Below are positions 42,050 to 52,501 of a stretch of DNA of 64,000 nt, in pieces. Source of the stretch: an uncultured Methylomirabilota bacterium (lineage in GTDB: Bacteria > Methylomirabilota > Methylomirabilia > Methylomirabilales > 2-02-FULL-66-22). The translations under genes and the position numbers were made by a program. Position 1 is the first letter of the stretch. Every line of letters begins with the position of its first letter. Under the pieces are notes generated by a model. The model did not search any database and was not told the origin of the DNA. It saw only the letters and a list, made by a program, of their open reading frames with translations. The stretch lies in NCBI GenBank assembly GCA_963705305.1, contig OY970067.1:1056001-1120000 (forward strand), in the 5' to 3' direction.

Positions 42050-43297
42050 ATGACCGAGCTGAACCCATTCGCCATTGCCCAGAGACAGTTGGACACGGCC
42101 GCCGCGAAATTGGGACTGGATCCCGCGACGCACGAGTTCCTGCGGTGGCCCCAGAAGGAGCTCGTCGTCACGATCCCGGTGCAGATGGATGACGGGGTGG
42201 TCAAAGTCTTTCGGGGCTATCGCGTGCAGTACAACTGCGCCCGGGGCCCGAACAAGGGGGGGATCCGCTGGCATCCCGATGAGACCATCGATACGGTGCG
42301 GGCACTGGCCGCCTGGATGACCTGGAAGACCTCGGTCGTGGACATTCCCCTGGGCGGCGCCAAGGGGGGGGTCACCTGCAATCCGAAAGCGATGTCGGAG
42401 GGCGAGAAGCAGCGGCTGGCTCGCGGGTACATGCGGGCCGTCGCGGGAATTCTGTCTGTCGCCAAGGACGTGCCGGCGCCAGACGTCTACACCACCCCCC
42501 AGATCATGGCCTGGATGATGGACGAGTACGAGACACTCATGGGACACCACCACCCCGGCGTGATCACCGGAAAGCCGCTGCCCCTGGGGGGATCGGAGGG
42601 CCGCGGCGACGCCACGGCGCGGGGTGGGATCTACGTGACCCGCGAGACCGCCCGGGTGCTGGGCCTCGACCTGGCCGGAAAGACCATGGCCATCCAGGGG
42701 TTCGGGAATGCCGGGCAGTTCGCCGCGCTGCTGGGACACGAGCTGCTGGGCCTCAGGCTCCTGGCGGCCTCCGACTCCAAGGGGGGCATCTGGAACAAGA
42801 AGGGCCTCGACCCGCAGAAGGTGGTGGACTACAAGCTGCGGACGGGCAGCCTCCAGGGATTCCCGGAGGCCGACCCCATCAGCAACGAGGATCTCTTGGA
42901 GCTGGATGTCACCGTCCTCTTCCCGGCCGCCCTGGAGAACGTGATCACCGCCGCCAATGCCGACCGGATCCGCTGCAAGATCTCGTGCGAGCTGGCCAAC
43001 GGACCGACGACGCCGGAGGCGGATGACATCCTCTACGACAAGGGGATCTTCGTGCTCCCCGACTTCCTGGCCAACGCCGGCGGCGTCACGGTGTCCTATT
43101 TCGAGCAGGTGCAGAACACGTACAATTTCTACTGGCCGCTCGCCGAGGTCCACCAGCGGCTGGACGAGAAGATGACCCGCGCCTTCCACGGCGTCCACCA
43201 GATGCAGGTCCGGGAGAAGGTGAACATGCGACAGGCCGCCTATCTCGTGGCGGTGGCCCGGGTGGCGGAGGCCTGCAAGCTGCGCGGCTGGGTGTAG
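42050..43297 (+). CDS. gdhA: Glutamate dehydrogenase (Glu/Leu/Phe/Val family)
   Basis: [33 protein letters not shown]. Confidence 0.95.
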   Translation: MTELNPFAIAQRQLDTAAAKLGLDPATHEFLRWPQKELVVTIPVQMDDGVVKVFRGYRVQYNCARGPNKGGIRWHPDETIDTVRALAAWMTWKTSVVDIPLGGAKGGVTCNPKAMSEGEKQRLARGYMRAVAGILSVAKDVPAPDVYTTPQIMAWMMDEYETLMGHHHPGVITGKPLPLGGSEGRGDATARGGIYVTRETARVLGLDLAGKTMAIQGFGNAGQFAALLGHELLGLRLLAASDSKGGIWNKKGLDPQKVVDYKLRTGSLQGFPEADPISNEDLLELDVTVLFPAALENVITAANADRIRCKISCELANGPTTPEADDILYDKGIFVLPDFLANAGGVTVSYFEQVQNTYNFYWPLAEVHQRLDEKMTRAFHGVHQMQVREKVNMRQAAYLVAVARVAEACKLRGWV

Positions 43298-43309
43298 CGT
43301 CCTGGGTCG

Positions 43310-43342
43310 TCGGCCCGCCCCCCCCGGGGCGGGGCGGGCCGA
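43310..43342 (+). terminator. GC-rich hairpin after gdhA
   Basis: TCGGCCCGCCCC...GGGGCGGGCCGA; weak U-tail. Confidence 0.4.
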
Positions 43343-43423
43343 TAGATTCGTTTGCCCGGTGCGACCTGGGTCCGTTCGCGGTCCGGGCCGCCATTAGGAG
43401 TCTTGTTACTCCTCGAGGCCAGC

Positions 43424-45748
43424 GTGGAGATCTTACGTGTCTACCGCCTACTCCGAAGGATGCACCAGTACCCGACCCTGGTGGCCGTCATGCGGAGCAT
43501 CTTCCTGGACGTGCTTGAGCAGCGGGGTCTCGACAGCCGCGAACATTTGGCCGCCCGGGCCCTGGAGGAGATGGCCAAGGACGGGATCCCCGACTCGGAG
43601 GCCAACCGGCAGGAGTATCTCGAAGCCTTCATCGACACCGCCGTGGCGCAGCACCTGAATTCCAGCGACATCGAAAACTACATCAATCTGGCGCGCAAAC
43701 GGGAGAATGCCCAGACGCTGAGCCGGGTCGCCAACCGGGATCAGGCCACTACCGAGGAGGTGCTCCGCGCCCTGCGCGAGTTCTGCGACATCCCCAAGGG
43801 GGAGGTCTACATCTCCCAGGAGGAGGCCGAGGGGATCCGGGTGGCGCTGATCTCGCGCTTCATCTCCAACCAGCTCCCCTTCATCAGCCTGGCCAAGAAT
43901 TACATCACGATCCGGGACACGGATGCCCTCCTGCGCAACACGCTCGTCAGCTACCGGCGGCCGGGAAAGCTCGGCGGGAAAGCCGCCGGGATGATCCTGG
44001 CCCACAAGATCCTCCTGCCCACCCTGGAGAAGAAAGACCCGGAGCTGGAAGCGCTGGTCCACGTCCCTGACACCTGGTACCTCAGCTCCGGGATATTCTC
44101 CGAGTTCCTGGACCGGAACAACCTCTACCTCTTCCACACCTTCAAGTACAAGGACCGGGAGAGCATCGAGAAGGACTTCCTCCGGATCGAGGAGCAGTTC
44201 AAGGCCGCCACCTTCGATCCGGACGTAGTTGAGGACTTTCGCCGGATCCTGACGGAGATCGGAGAGCACCCCATCATCGTCCGCTCCTCCAGCATGCTGG
44301 AGGACAATTTCGGCCTGGCATTCTCCGGCAAGTACCTGTCGGTGTTCCTGGCCAACCAGGGTGACCTGGAGACGCGGCTCCGCCGCTTCATCGGCGGCCT
44401 CAAGCAGGTCTTCGCCAGCATCTTCGGGCCCGATCCTATCCTCTACCGCCGAGATCACGGGCTGCTCGATTACGACGAGCGCATGGCCATGATCGTGCAG
44501 AAGGTGGTCGGCCGCCGCTTCGGCGACTACTTCTTCCCCTTCGCGGCGGGGGTCATGTTCTCCCGCAACGTCCACACCTGGAACCCAAAGATCAATAAAG
44601 AGGCGGGGCTCGTCCGTCTCGTTCACGGGCTGGGCACCCGTGCCGTGGATCGGGTCGGCTCCGATTACCCCCGCATGGTTCCCCTCAGCCATCCCCAGCT
44701 CCGCCCCGAGGTGACCGCCGACCAGATCCGGAAATACTCGCAGCGACAGGTGGACGTCCTGAATCTCAGGACGGACGTCGTGGAGACGCTAGACTTCCGG
44801 AGCCTCTGCAAGTCGGTCAACCACCCCGACCTGTTTTACGCCGTGTCGGTACTCGCGCACGACCATCTGGCCCCGCCGCTCTTCAAAACACAGGACCTGT
44901 CCGGTCCGGAGCTGTGCCTCACCTTCGACAACCTGCTCGCCAAGACCCCCTTCGTCCCGCTCGCCCGCAAGATCCTCTCGCGGATCGAAGCGGTCTACGG
45001 CCGGCCCGTGGACATGGAGTTCGCCTGGGATGGGGACAAGCTGTACCTGCTCCAATGCCGCTCTCTCTCCATCCGCAAGGAGCTGGAGAAGGTCGAGATG
45101 CCCGAGGCGGTTCCCCCGGAGCGCGTGCTGTTTACCACCCAGTCCGGACTGTCCAACGCCGTGGTCCCTGACCTGGAATTCATCGTGTACGTCAACCCGC
45201 GGGCCTATGACCAGCTCCCCACCCAGGAGGCCAAGCTGAAGATTGCCGGGGTGGTCAACGTGCTCAACCGCCACCTGGCCGGGCGGCGTTACACACTCAT
45301 GGGCCCCGGACGCTGGGGGAGCAACGACATCAACCTGGGCGTTCGGGTCACCTACTCGAACATCAACAAGACCAAGCTCCTGGTCGAGATCGCCTTCGCC
45401 AAGGAGGGCTACACCCCCGAGGTCTCCTACGGCACCCATTTCTTCCAGGACCTGGTTGAGGCCGATATCGTCGTGGCCACCCTGTTCCCCGACGACCCCG
45501 GCGCCCACTTCAACGAAGAGTTCGTGGTGGGCTCCGAGAACCTTCTGGGCGCCATCGCGCCCGAGGTTCGGGACTGCGAGGACGTGGTCCGGGTCATTCG
45601 GGTCCCGTCCGTCCGCCCCGGGGAGTATCTGCAAGTCTACATGGATGCAGCCAGCCGCCGGGGGCTCGGCGTGTTCGGGCCGCGGCAGAACAGCGATCAT
45701 CGGGCCAGTCGCAGCCTGGATGCCGTTCCCTCGCTGGAGACCAGCTAG
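43424..45748 (+). CDS. Protein with a PEP synthase/PPDK N-terminal ATP-grasp domain
   Basis: LGGKAAG, IVRSSSMLED...FSGKY, GLGTRAV, DMEFA, LLQCR, GPGRWGS, SYGTHFFQDLVE; no phospho-His or PEP-binding barrel recognised. Confidence 0.85.
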   Translation: MEILRVYRLLRRMHQYPTLVAVMRSIFLDVLEQRGLDSREHLAARALEEMAKDGIPDSEANRQEYLEAFIDTAVAQHLNSSDIENYINLARKRENAQTLSRVANRDQATTEEVLRALREFCDIPKGEVYISQEEAEGIRVALISRFISNQLPFISLAKNYITIRDTDALLRNTLVSYRRPGKLGGKAAGMILAHKILLPTLEKKDPELEALVHVPDTWYLSSGIFSEFLDRNNLYLFHTFKYKDRESIEKDFLRIEEQFKAATFDPDVVEDFRRILTEIGEHPIIVRSSSMLEDNFGLAFSGKYLSVFLANQGDLETRLRRFIGGLKQVFASIFGPDPILYRRDHGLLDYDERMAMIVQKVVGRRFGDYFFPFAAGVMFSRNVHTWNPKINKEAGLVRLVHGLGTRAVDRVGSDYPRMVPLSHPQLRPEVTADQIRKYSQRQVDVLNLRTDVVETLDFRSLCKSVNHPDLFYAVSVLAHDHLAPPLFKTQDLSGPELCLTFDNLLAKTPFVPLARKILSRIEAVYGRPVDMEFAWDGDKLYLLQCRSLSIRKELEKVEMPEAVPPERVLFTTQSGLSNAVVPDLEFIVYVNPRAYDQLPTQEAKLKIAGVVNVLNRHLAGRRYTLMGPGRWGSNDINLGVRVTYSNINKTKLLVEIAFAKEGYTPEVSYGTHFFQDLVEADIVVATLFPDDPGAHFNEEFVVGSENLLGAIAPEVRDCEDVVRVIRVPSVRPGEYLQVYMDAASRRGLGVFGPRQNSDHRASRSLDAVPSLETS

Positions 45749-45787
45749 CCCGCAGTATTCGTGAGCCATGCTCATGAATACTGCGGG
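45749..45787. terminator. 18-bp stem-loop between convergent genes
   Basis: CCCGCAGTATTCGTGAGC-CAT-GCTCATGAATACTGCGGG. Confidence 0.55.
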
Positions 45788-45892
45788 AATGGCCACATCC
45801 CAATTGGTCATTTGTTCAGATAACTCACAAACCCCTTCGTGAACTATCCGGACCAGACCCTTTCGGCCGGCCGGAGGTTGTCCCGCCGGGGC

Positions 45893-46603
45893 TCATTCCT
45901 CCCGGATCTGGATGGCCTCGACCCTGACCCTGGCCAGCCCCTGAGCGTAGAAGCCGAGGCGCTTGGCGGCGCCCATGCTCAGATCGATGATGCGATCGCC
46001 GGACCCTGGATTCTGATCGCTCGGGAACGGGCCGCGATCATTGACCCGCACGATCACGGCCCGGTGGTTCTCCAGGTTCGTCACCTTCACGAACATGGGA
46101 AGGGGCAGATACTTGTGGGCGGCGCTCAGGCCGCTCGGATCGAAGGCCTCGCCGTTGGCCGTCATCCGGCCGCTTTCGTACCCGTACCAGGAGGCGATGC
46201 CTTCTTCCCGGTATCGTTGGGCCGCCTCCATGGACATTGGCACGTAGGTCCTCCCCCTGACGACATAGGGTGCGTCCTTCACCCGCCCTTCGCGGATGGC
46301 CTCCTTGACCGGGAGTCCGTCCATGCTCTCGATCTCGTCGTGCGTCAGCGCCCAGCCGATCGGCGCCTTCACTACCTCATAGGTGAATTCGCCGATTCGA
46401 TACACCACCTTCGTCGTCCCGGCCGTGACCTGGACGGTGGTCTTCACAATCCAGACCCCGCCGCTCACGGTCCCTTTGACAACTCGAAAGGGGGCCGAGA
46501 CCAGCGAGCAAGCTGCACTGGCGACGACCAGACACAGGACCAAGAACCGACCCAGATTTTTGGCAGACATCGCGGGAAGCCTGCTCCGTCTCGGCCGAGA
46601 CAT
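45893..46603 (-). CDS. rlpA: RlpA-family lytic transglycosylase lipoprotein
   Basis: SAAC lipobox, GIASWYG, TANGE, AAHKYLP, VNDRGPF, IIDLS. Confidence 0.92.
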   Translation of the reverse strand: MSRPRRSRLPAMSAKNLGRFLVLCLVVASAACSLVSAPFRVVKGTVSGGVWIVKTTVQVTAGTTKVVYRIGEFTYEVVKAPIGWALTHDEIESMDGLPVKEAIREGRVKDAPYVVRGRTYVPMSMEAAQRYREEGIASWYGYESGRMTANGEAFDPSGLSAAHKYLPLPMFVKVTNLENHRAVIVRVNDRGPFPSDQNPGSGDRIIDLSMGAAKRLGFYAQGLARVRVEAIQIREE

Positions 46604-46777
46604 TTCACCGCCGAGACTGCACGGATCGCACGGACCCGTTCCCCTTCATCGGGGCATTAGAGTTGCCGGGATCGCGGCCTCCAGGCCGCCCCTCTTGGCG
46701 GAGCTGTGTCGGCGCGAGGCATGCGGGGTGCCCCTGCAGCCGTCGCGCGCTCTGCGGTCGGTCTGCACTCTCCAGCC

Positions 46778-47659
46778 TCAGCTCATCAGCGCGATGCCCA
46801 GGACGGCCGTGACGGCTCCCGTCACGGTCCGCCGCGAGGGCTGTTTCCCCAGGACCGCGATCTCCAGGGGGATGGTGAAGAGGGGCGAAGTCGTGGAGAG
46901 GACGGTTCCGACGGCCACGCCTCCATACTTGATGCCCAGGGTGAACAGGAGAGAGCTGGTGGCGCTGAGCAGGCAGATGGCCACCAGGCGCGCCAGCTCG
47001 CGGCCGCGGCTGTCCCGCGCCGTCCGCCACGTCCCCCGCGTCCACGGGGTGCACCAGAGGACCAGTCCGGCGAGCGGGTTCCGCACGGCCGTCGCCGCCA
47101 TCGCCGAGACGACTCGGAGTGGAGCTTTCAGCAGGACCGCCGATACTGTCCAGAGGACGGCCGCCGCCAGGACCAGGCGGATGCCCTGGCGTCTGCGCGT
47201 GGACGTTTCGTCGTCCGCCTCGCCCTCCCCGCTGACGATCAGCCCGATGCCCCCCAGAACCAGAAGGATGCCCACCGCTCGCCAGAGCGTGACCCCTTCC
47301 CCCAGCAGCCAGATCCCCACGATCGTGGAGAGCAGAGGGTGGGCCATGCTCAGCGTGTGGGCCCGGGTGACCCCCAAAGAAGCCATTCCTGCGAAGAAGA
47401 CGGTATCCCCTCCGGCGTAGCCGATAGTGATGGAGCACCACAGCGCAACGACGGCCCAGAGGGGCATGCCGACGATCTCGCCCCCGTATCCGGCCGCCAG
47501 CGCCCCGGCCAGGATGGCCAATCCGCCCGCCGTGGCGCGGACGGCATTGATCCCCGCCGGGGTCAGCCGTCCGGACAGGGCCCGCGCCAGAATGCTGATG
47601 GCGGCCCACGTGACGGCGCTCCCCAGCCCGCCCAGAATGCCCATGCTGAGGTCGCTCAT
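46778..47659 (-). CDS. DMT/EamA-family transporter
   Basis: About 10 TM segments in two EamA-like repeats. Confidence 0.85.
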   Translation of the reverse strand: MSDLSMGILGGLGSAVTWAAISILARALSGRLTPAGINAVRATAGGLAILAGALAAGYGGEIVGMPLWAVVALWCSITIGYAGGDTVFFAGMASLGVTRAHTLSMAHPLLSTIVGIWLLGEGVTLWRAVGILLVLGGIGLIVSGEGEADDETSTRRRQGIRLVLAAAVLWTVSAVLLKAPLRVVSAMAATAVRNPLAGLVLWCTPWTRGTWRTARDSRGRELARLVAICLLSATSSLLFTLGIKYGGVAVGTVLSTTSPLFTIPLEIAVLGKQPSRRTVTGAVTAVLGIALMS

Positions 47660-48059
47660 GACTCGTCCGATCCTCGAACCCGCGAGCGGGCCGACCGCCC
47701 CCCGGCGGCAACTGTTCACGCCTAACCCGTCCCGCCCAAGATGTCAAGCCGAGAAGGCCCTGGGAGCTTTCGGCTCTGCACGGGTCGTCGGCCCCGGCTG
47801 CATGGTCCACGCAACCCTCCCCCCCACCATCACTGCCTTTTCCAGACGGGGGGCATGCCGGCGATTGGACTTGAAGGAAGGCGGGAGGTTTCCGTGTTGG
47901 ACGCTGCCTGAATCAGGCGTGGAAGGTGCCTCCGGCGGGACGCTTCCGGGGCGCGGGAGATAACACGTGTCGTCTCCCGCACGCCCGAGCACAGGCCATG
48001 CCGTGCCCGGCGGCTGTTCGCCGATCGGTTCTCTCCACCCCCGGCGCCCCCGCCGAAGG

Positions 48060-48296
48060 CTACTGGTCCGCCGCCTTGTTGGTGTCCTCGACCCGCTGTC
48101 GCTCTTGGTCGAGGACCGGCGCGAGCCGCTGCTCCAGACCTTTCTTGGTGAGATTCACCGGCCCGCTGGCACTGGAGGCGCCGGAAAAAGCCCGAAGGAG
48201 CTCCTGGGCGTTGTCGGCCCTGTGCAGGTACGAGACGACCAGGTACCCCATAAGCGCCAGGGCCAGGAGGAGGCCGGCCATCCCCACGATTCTCAT
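48060..48296 (-). CDS. Small membrane-anchored hypothetical protein
   Basis: RBS GGGGAG, MRIVGMAGLLLALALMGYLVV TM segment. Confidence 0.55.
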   Translation of the reverse strand: MRIVGMAGLLLALALMGYLVVSYLHRADNAQELLRAFSGASSASGPVNLTKKGLEQRLAPVLDQERQRVEDTNKAADQ

Positions 48297-48327
48297 CGGA
48301 CATTCTCCCCAGGACAACAGATCCTGG

Positions 48328-48527
48328 CAGGCTGCTGAAAAAGACCCATCTGCCGGGTACCCACCTGATGGGTGCCCAGCCTTGGGCCGGGTACCCGCAC
48401 GCTCGGGCGCTCGCTGCGGCGTACCGGAAGTACGCCTTGACCCGCCTGTGGCGGGTACCCCGCCCCGGGTACCCATCCCGAGGGATGGGTGACGCCGCCT
48501 TGCATCTGGGTCCTTTTGAGCAACCTG
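48328..48527. mobile_element. Non-autonomous MITE/REP-like element
   Basis: 26-bp imperfect terminal IRs CAGGCTGCTGAAAAAGACCCATCTGC and GCATCTGGGTCCTTTTGAGCAACCTG, with internal nested hairpins and no ORF. Confidence 0.65.
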
Positions 48528-48747
48528 GGCGAAAAGTGGCTTTTCAGCATTCGGCTAAGCCGGGTGGCGCGATGGTGCGCCTGGGGAAAGGCTAGCGTCC
48601 CGTTTTTAAAATGCAACTACAACCACCCGCCTGCCGCCCGCCCCTCTTCGCGTTCGCTTCCCGACCGCGGCCCGTCTGCTCTCCGCCGTGGCTCCCGCCC
48701 ATGGGGCAGCCTGGCGGCGCGGCGGATTTGTGCCCCGGCGGCCGCTC

Positions 48748-50478
48748 TCACGCGTCTCGCTTGCACATCACATTGAGGACCGCCTGTCGCCCCTCCTCCC
48801 GCACCGCCCGTAATGCCCGCTGCAGTGCCGGCCGCACCTGGTCGGGTTTCTCGACCCGCTCCCCGTAGCCGCCATGGGCCTCCACGATCTTCTCGTAGGC
48901 CGGCGACGGCCGGAGGTCGCTGAGGGGGAAGCTCCCCGTCTTCTTCGCCCACCCGTTCGGGAACAGCGCCTCCGTCGTTTTGCGGACGGCCCCCCAGGTC
49001 TCGTTGTTGAAAATGACAACCAGGATGGGGAGGCCGTAGGCAGCGCTCACCCAATGGGCGGCCGTCGGCACGCTGAAGATGTAGGCGCCGTCGCCGACCG
49101 TGGCGATGACGGTCCGGTCCGGGTGTGCCAGCTTGGTGCCCAGCGCCGCTCCCACTCCCCACCCCAGGCACCCGGCCGGCGAATGGGCGAAAAAGGAGCC
49201 CGGCCGATCGCGGCGCACCTGGCTCAGCCGAAGGTCGTATTCGTTGACGAGGATGGCGTCCTCCTCCGCAACCTCTCCGATGCACTGCGACAGCCAGTCG
49301 AAATCGATGGGGGAGTCATCCTGGGCCGAAAGCGCCGCTCTCCGCCAGGCCGCCCGCTGGGACTCGTGCTCGGCCCGGAGCTGCACCGAGCGGATGGCCA
49401 CCTTGGAATCGTGGATCTTCCCCTGTCGCGCCGCCTCGGCGGTTAAGGCCGTCAGGGTGGCGGAGGGGTCGCCGCCCAGCATCACATCCGCCGGGAACGT
49501 GCGGACGGGATAGCGGGCGAACAGCGGATCCTCGCCCACGTGGATGACCCGGGCCTCGCCGTTGACGGACACCCGCGAGGGGAACCACGGAACGTCGCTT
49601 TCAACGACGAGGATGACATCCGATCGGCTGAGGAAGGGGGCCGGGTCGAAGCCGAGGTGGTGCGGATGGCTGGACGGGAAGTTCATGTGGGTCGGATTGA
49701 ACTCCACGACGGGGACGGCCAGCGCGTCGGAGAGCCGCACCAGGGCCTCCGCCGCGGACGGGTCCCGCCCGAGGCGCGTCGTGATCAGGAGGGGGGACTC
49801 CGCCGCGAGCAGCATCGCCGCGGCTGCGCCCACCTGCGCCGGATCGGGCTGGAGATGTTCGCGGGGGAGCCGGGACGAGGCGTCATTCAGCCGGAGTGCG
49901 GTCTGGGCCTCGGCCAGGACCTCGCGCGGCAGGGTGAGGTAGGCAATGCCTTGCGGGCTGGCCGTGGCGACGGAAAGGGCCCGATCCACCACGGCCTCCA
50001 GTTGGATAAAGTTGCGCAGCTCGTAGTCCCACTTGAGAAACTCCCGGATCAGCCCCGCCTGGTCGAAGGCCTCTTGGGCCCAGTGGATGTACAGGTCCCT
50101 GGCGCCCAGAAGTCCCGCTTCCACCAGGGGGGTGCGGCCGGCCGTCATGAAGAGGGGAATGTTGGCGCGGGCGGCGTTGATGAGGGCTCCGGCGCAGTTG
50201 GCGGTCCCCACGATCGTGTGGGCCATCACCACCTGGGGTCGGCCGGTGCACATAGTGAAGCCGTGGGCGATGCTCACGGCCGTGAACTCGTGGGGCACCG
50301 TGATCGGGCGCGGCCGGTCCTTGCCCTCGGCCTCGAACTTGGCGAAGGCGTCTACCAGCGGGCCGAAGTCCGTTCCGGCATTTCCGAAGAAGTAGTCGAT
50401 GCCCCGAATCCGCAGCAGTTCCAGGTAGGCCTGCCCGGTGTTTTCCACCGTGATCGTCAGCCCCTGACGTTCACCCAT
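48748..50478 (-). CDS. ThDP-requiring enzyme (acetolactate synthase / benzoylformate decarboxylase-like)
   Basis: GNAGTDF, PHEFTA, GDGAY...FNN. Confidence 0.9.
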   Translation of the reverse strand: MGERQGLTITVENTGQAYLELLRIRGIDYFFGNAGTDFGPLVDAFAKFEAEGKDRPRPITVPHEFTAVSIAHGFTMCTGRPQVVMAHTIVGTANCAGALINAARANIPLFMTAGRTPLVEAGLLGARDLYIHWAQEAFDQAGLIREFLKWDYELRNFIQLEAVVDRALSVATASPQGIAYLTLPREVLAEAQTALRLNDASSRLPREHLQPDPAQVGAAAAMLLAAESPLLITTRLGRDPSAAEALVRLSDALAVPVVEFNPTHMNFPSSHPHHLGFDPAPFLSRSDVILVVESDVPWFPSRVSVNGEARVIHVGEDPLFARYPVRTFPADVMLGGDPSATLTALTAEAARQGKIHDSKVAIRSVQLRAEHESQRAAWRRAALSAQDDSPIDFDWLSQCIGEVAEEDAILVNEYDLRLSQVRRDRPGSFFAHSPAGCLGWGVGAALGTKLAHPDRTVIATVGDGAYIFSVPTAAHWVSAAYGLPILVVIFNNETWGAVRKTTEALFPNGWAKKTGSFPLSDLRPSPAYEKIVEAHGGYGERVEKPDQVRPALQRALRAVREEGRQAVLNVMCKRDA

Positions 50479-50571
50479 GCCCGCCTCCTCCACGGGGTGG
50501 CCATCTCACGGACCACCCGCCGCGCGCATCTACCGGACCGGGAGCTGTGAGGGAGCCCCGGAGACGGCCCC

Positions 50572-51321
50572 TCAGTGGAACACGCGGCCCGCATCGATGA
50601 CCACGGTCTGCCCGGTCACGCTGTCGGTCCGGCAGAATTCCACCACGAGCCTCGCCACATCGTCCTTGTCCGCGCCGCGCCGGAGGAGCGCGCCCTGCTT
50701 GGCCTTCTCCTGGTATTCCGGGGCCAGGTTCTCGCTCATCCGCGTCCCCTCCATGTACCCCGGGGCGACGCAGTTCACCAGCACCCCCGGCGCCAGCGCC
50801 ACCGCCATGCAGCGGGTGAGGTGGATCAGGCCCGCCTTGGAGACCGCGTACGCGATCGAGGAGCCCATCGGACTCAGGCCGGCGATGGAAGACACATTGA
50901 CGATCCGGCCCCGCCCCTGGGCCTTCATAACGGGCGCGACCGCCCGGGTGCAGACGAAGGGACCGGTCAGGTTCACGCTCAGAATCTTCGTCCAGTCCTC
51001 CAGTCGCAGCTCCGGCAGCTGCGCGAACGGGATCCACTTGTTGTAGGCGGCGTCGTTTATCAGAACGTCGATCCGTCCATATTCGCGCATGACCCGGTCG
51101 ACCAGGGCCTGGACGGATTCCGGCCGCGCGATATCCACGGCTGCGGCGATGGCGCGCCCTTCCTGTCTCCCCACCTCTTCCGCCACCGCCTCGGCCTCGG
51201 CACGGCGCTGGGTATAGCAGACCGCCACGCTGGCCCCCTCACCGGCCAGCGCCCGGCAGATCCGCCGCCCCAGGCCGCCGGTTCCGCCCGTCACGATCGC
51301 CACTGCACCCTGAAGGTTCAT
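50572..51321 (-). CDS. SDR oxidoreductase
   Basis: TGGTGGLG, YAVSK, NCVAPG. Confidence 0.92.
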   Translation of the reverse strand: MNLQGAVAIVTGGTGGLGRRICRALAGEGASVAVCYTQRRAEAEAVAEEVGRQEGRAIAAAVDIARPESVQALVDRVMREYGRIDVLINDAAYNKWIPFAQLPELRLEDWTKILSVNLTGPFVCTRAVAPVMKAQGRGRIVNVSSIAGLSPMGSSIAYAVSKAGLIHLTRCMAVALAPGVLVNCVAPGYMEGTRMSENLAPEYQEKAKQGALLRRGADKDDVARLVVEFCRTDSVTGQTVVIDAGRVFH

Positions 51322-51424
51322 GGCCACCTCGTCGAGAAAGGATCCTCGTCCCCCGGCAGAATGTGCGCCAGATGTCTCCGTCGCGGCTCTCCGCCCTGCG
51401 CCATCACGGAACGGAGCGCCCCGA

Positions 51425-52501
51425 TCACTTCGAATGCAGCGGGAACGGCACCCCCAGCTCTTCGCCCAAAGCCACGAAGTCCTTGACGATGGGCTCCGGC
51501 ACCGGGATGCCGTTGGCAAGCCGCTCGGCTTTCATTTCGAACTCGATTTCGCCGGGTATGTAAATGCGCTGCACGCCCGCCGCCCGTTCGGAGGACTTGA
51601 TCTCCCGGATGGCCGTGTCCATCCTGGCCGTGAACTTTGACAGGTCCATGAAGCTCTCGATGTTCACGGCGGCAAAGATGCTTCCCACATCCGTGGGCTC
51701 GTTGAGGTTGTCGGCCAGGAAACCCGGGAAGTGGGCCCCGTAGTTCGATCCGGTCATCACCCCGCACAACAGGTCCACGGCCAGGCCAATGCCATACCCT
51801 TTGTACCCGCCGATGGGGGCCAGGAGCCCCTTCACGGCCTCGTGCGGGTCCACGGTCGGCCGCCCCATCTCGTCGAAGGCCCAGCCGGGCTCCAGCGGCT
51901 TGTTCTGCTTGGCATGCAGCAGGATCCGCCCGCGCGCCACGACGGTCGTGGCCAGATCCAGCACCACCGGCTGCTCCGTGCCGGCCGGAATCGCGACGGC
52001 GAAGGGGTTGGTGCCCAGCATCGGGGTGCGGCCGCCGGTCGGGGCCACGACGGCGGGGGCGTTGGTGGCGCTGAAGCCGATCATTCCCTGGGGGAGGGCC
52101 ATCATGGCCCAGTAGGCTGCCGCCCCGTAGTGGTTGGAGTGCGTGGTGGCCACGAAGGCTACGCCCGTCTTCCGGGCCTTCTCGATGGCCAGCTTCATGG
52201 CCGAGGCCGAGGCCACCTGGCCCAGGCTGTTCTTGCACTCGATCAGTGCCGTCGACGGATAATCGCGAATGACGGACAGCTGCGTCTTCGCGCTGACCAC
52301 CCCCACCTGGATCCGTTTCACGTAGACGCAGAGCATCCGCGTGATCCCGTGGGTGTCCACCCCCCGCAGGTTCGCCTCGATCAGCGAATCCGTCAGGATT
52401 GCAGCATCTCCCGGACTGACGCCGACTTTCCGAAACACCTGCTCTGTCCACGTGCGCAGCCCCTCCGCAGCAAACCGTATCCCGCTGTCCACCCCTGGCA
52501 T
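51425..52501 (-). CDS. Ldh_2-family dehydrogenase (malate/L-sulfolactate/ureidoglycolate type)
   Basis: RGVDTHG, SNHYG, GTNP, DLATT, GYKGYG, IPGE. Confidence 0.92.
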   Translation of the reverse strand: MPGVDSGIRFAAEGLRTWTEQVFRKVGVSPGDAAILTDSLIEANLRGVDTHGITRMLCVYVKRIQVGVVSAKTQLSVIRDYPSTALIECKNSLGQVASASAMKLAIEKARKTGVAFVATTHSNHYGAAAYWAMMALPQGMIGFSATNAPAVVAPTGGRTPMLGTNPFAVAIPAGTEQPVVLDLATTVVARGRILLHAKQNKPLEPGWAFDEMGRPTVDPHEAVKGLLAPIGGYKGYGIGLAVDLLCGVMTGSNYGAHFPGFLADNLNEPTDVGSIFAAVNIESFMDLSKFTARMDTAIREIKSSERAAGVQRIYIPGEIEFEMKAERLANGIPVPEPIVKDFVALGEELGVPFPLHSK

